Positions 63,971 to 64,000 of a stretch of 64,000 nt of DNA are shown piece after piece. Origin of the DNA: Lingula anatina (lineage: Eukaryota > Animalia > Brachiopoda); the NCBI GenBank assembly GCA_051362555.1, contig CM120640.1:52058788-52122787 (forward strand), given 5' to 3'. Made by a program: the position numbers and the translations under genes. The notes under the pieces are model-generated. The model searched no databases. It had not been told where the DNA came from and was given only the letters and a program-made list of their open reading frames with translations. Positions within the stretch are counted from its first letter, which is position 1. Each line of letters starts with the position of its first letter.

Positions 63971-64000
63971 GTCTACGACCATACCACGTTGAAAGCACCG
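63971..64000 (+). rRNA. RNA5S: 5S rRNA, copy 3 (first 30 nt; cut by the window edge)
   Basis: GTCTACGACCATACCACGTTGAAAGCACCG. Confidence 0.9.

Larger units (their letters stand above)
63219..64000 (+). repeat. Start of a tandem 5S rDNA array, 376-bp unit (119-nt gene plus 257-nt spacer)
   Basis: Gene starts at 63219, 63595 and 63971; spacers nearly identical. Confidence 0.95.

Overview
AT-rich, CpG-depleted, intron-rich animal DNA; the 5S rRNA sequence and gene content suggest a mollusc or other lophotrochozoan (inference). There are two convergent protein-coding genes. On the + strand is an HR96/NR1J-type nuclear receptor (3 coding exons, 33459-38253, 374 aa). It probably has a very long 5' region starting from a CpG-rich promoter near 250-590, plus a second promoter-like cluster near 25.3-25.5 kb. 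On the - strand is a mitochondrial-type glycerol-3-phosphate acyltransferase GPAT1/GPAM (21 coding exons rebuilt by hand, 60664->49598, about 891 aa), with a probable GC-AG intron and a leader dense in upstream ATGs. The window ends in the first units of a 376-bp tandem 5S rDNA array whose spacer carries a degenerate 5S fragment. The most striking unexplained signal is five same-strand DR3 elements, RGKTYA-YTS-RGTGCA, clustered across the receptor locus. They pair a generic AGGTCA-type half-site with the DAF-12/NR1J-type AGTGCA half-site, which suggests an autoregulatory circuit. Also present are a hammerhead-ribozyme core inside an inverted repeat, several MITE-like elements, a 58-60 bp minisatellite and microsatellites. 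All exon boundaries were derived by eye from splice signals, reading phase and remembered protein motifs, not from transcript data.
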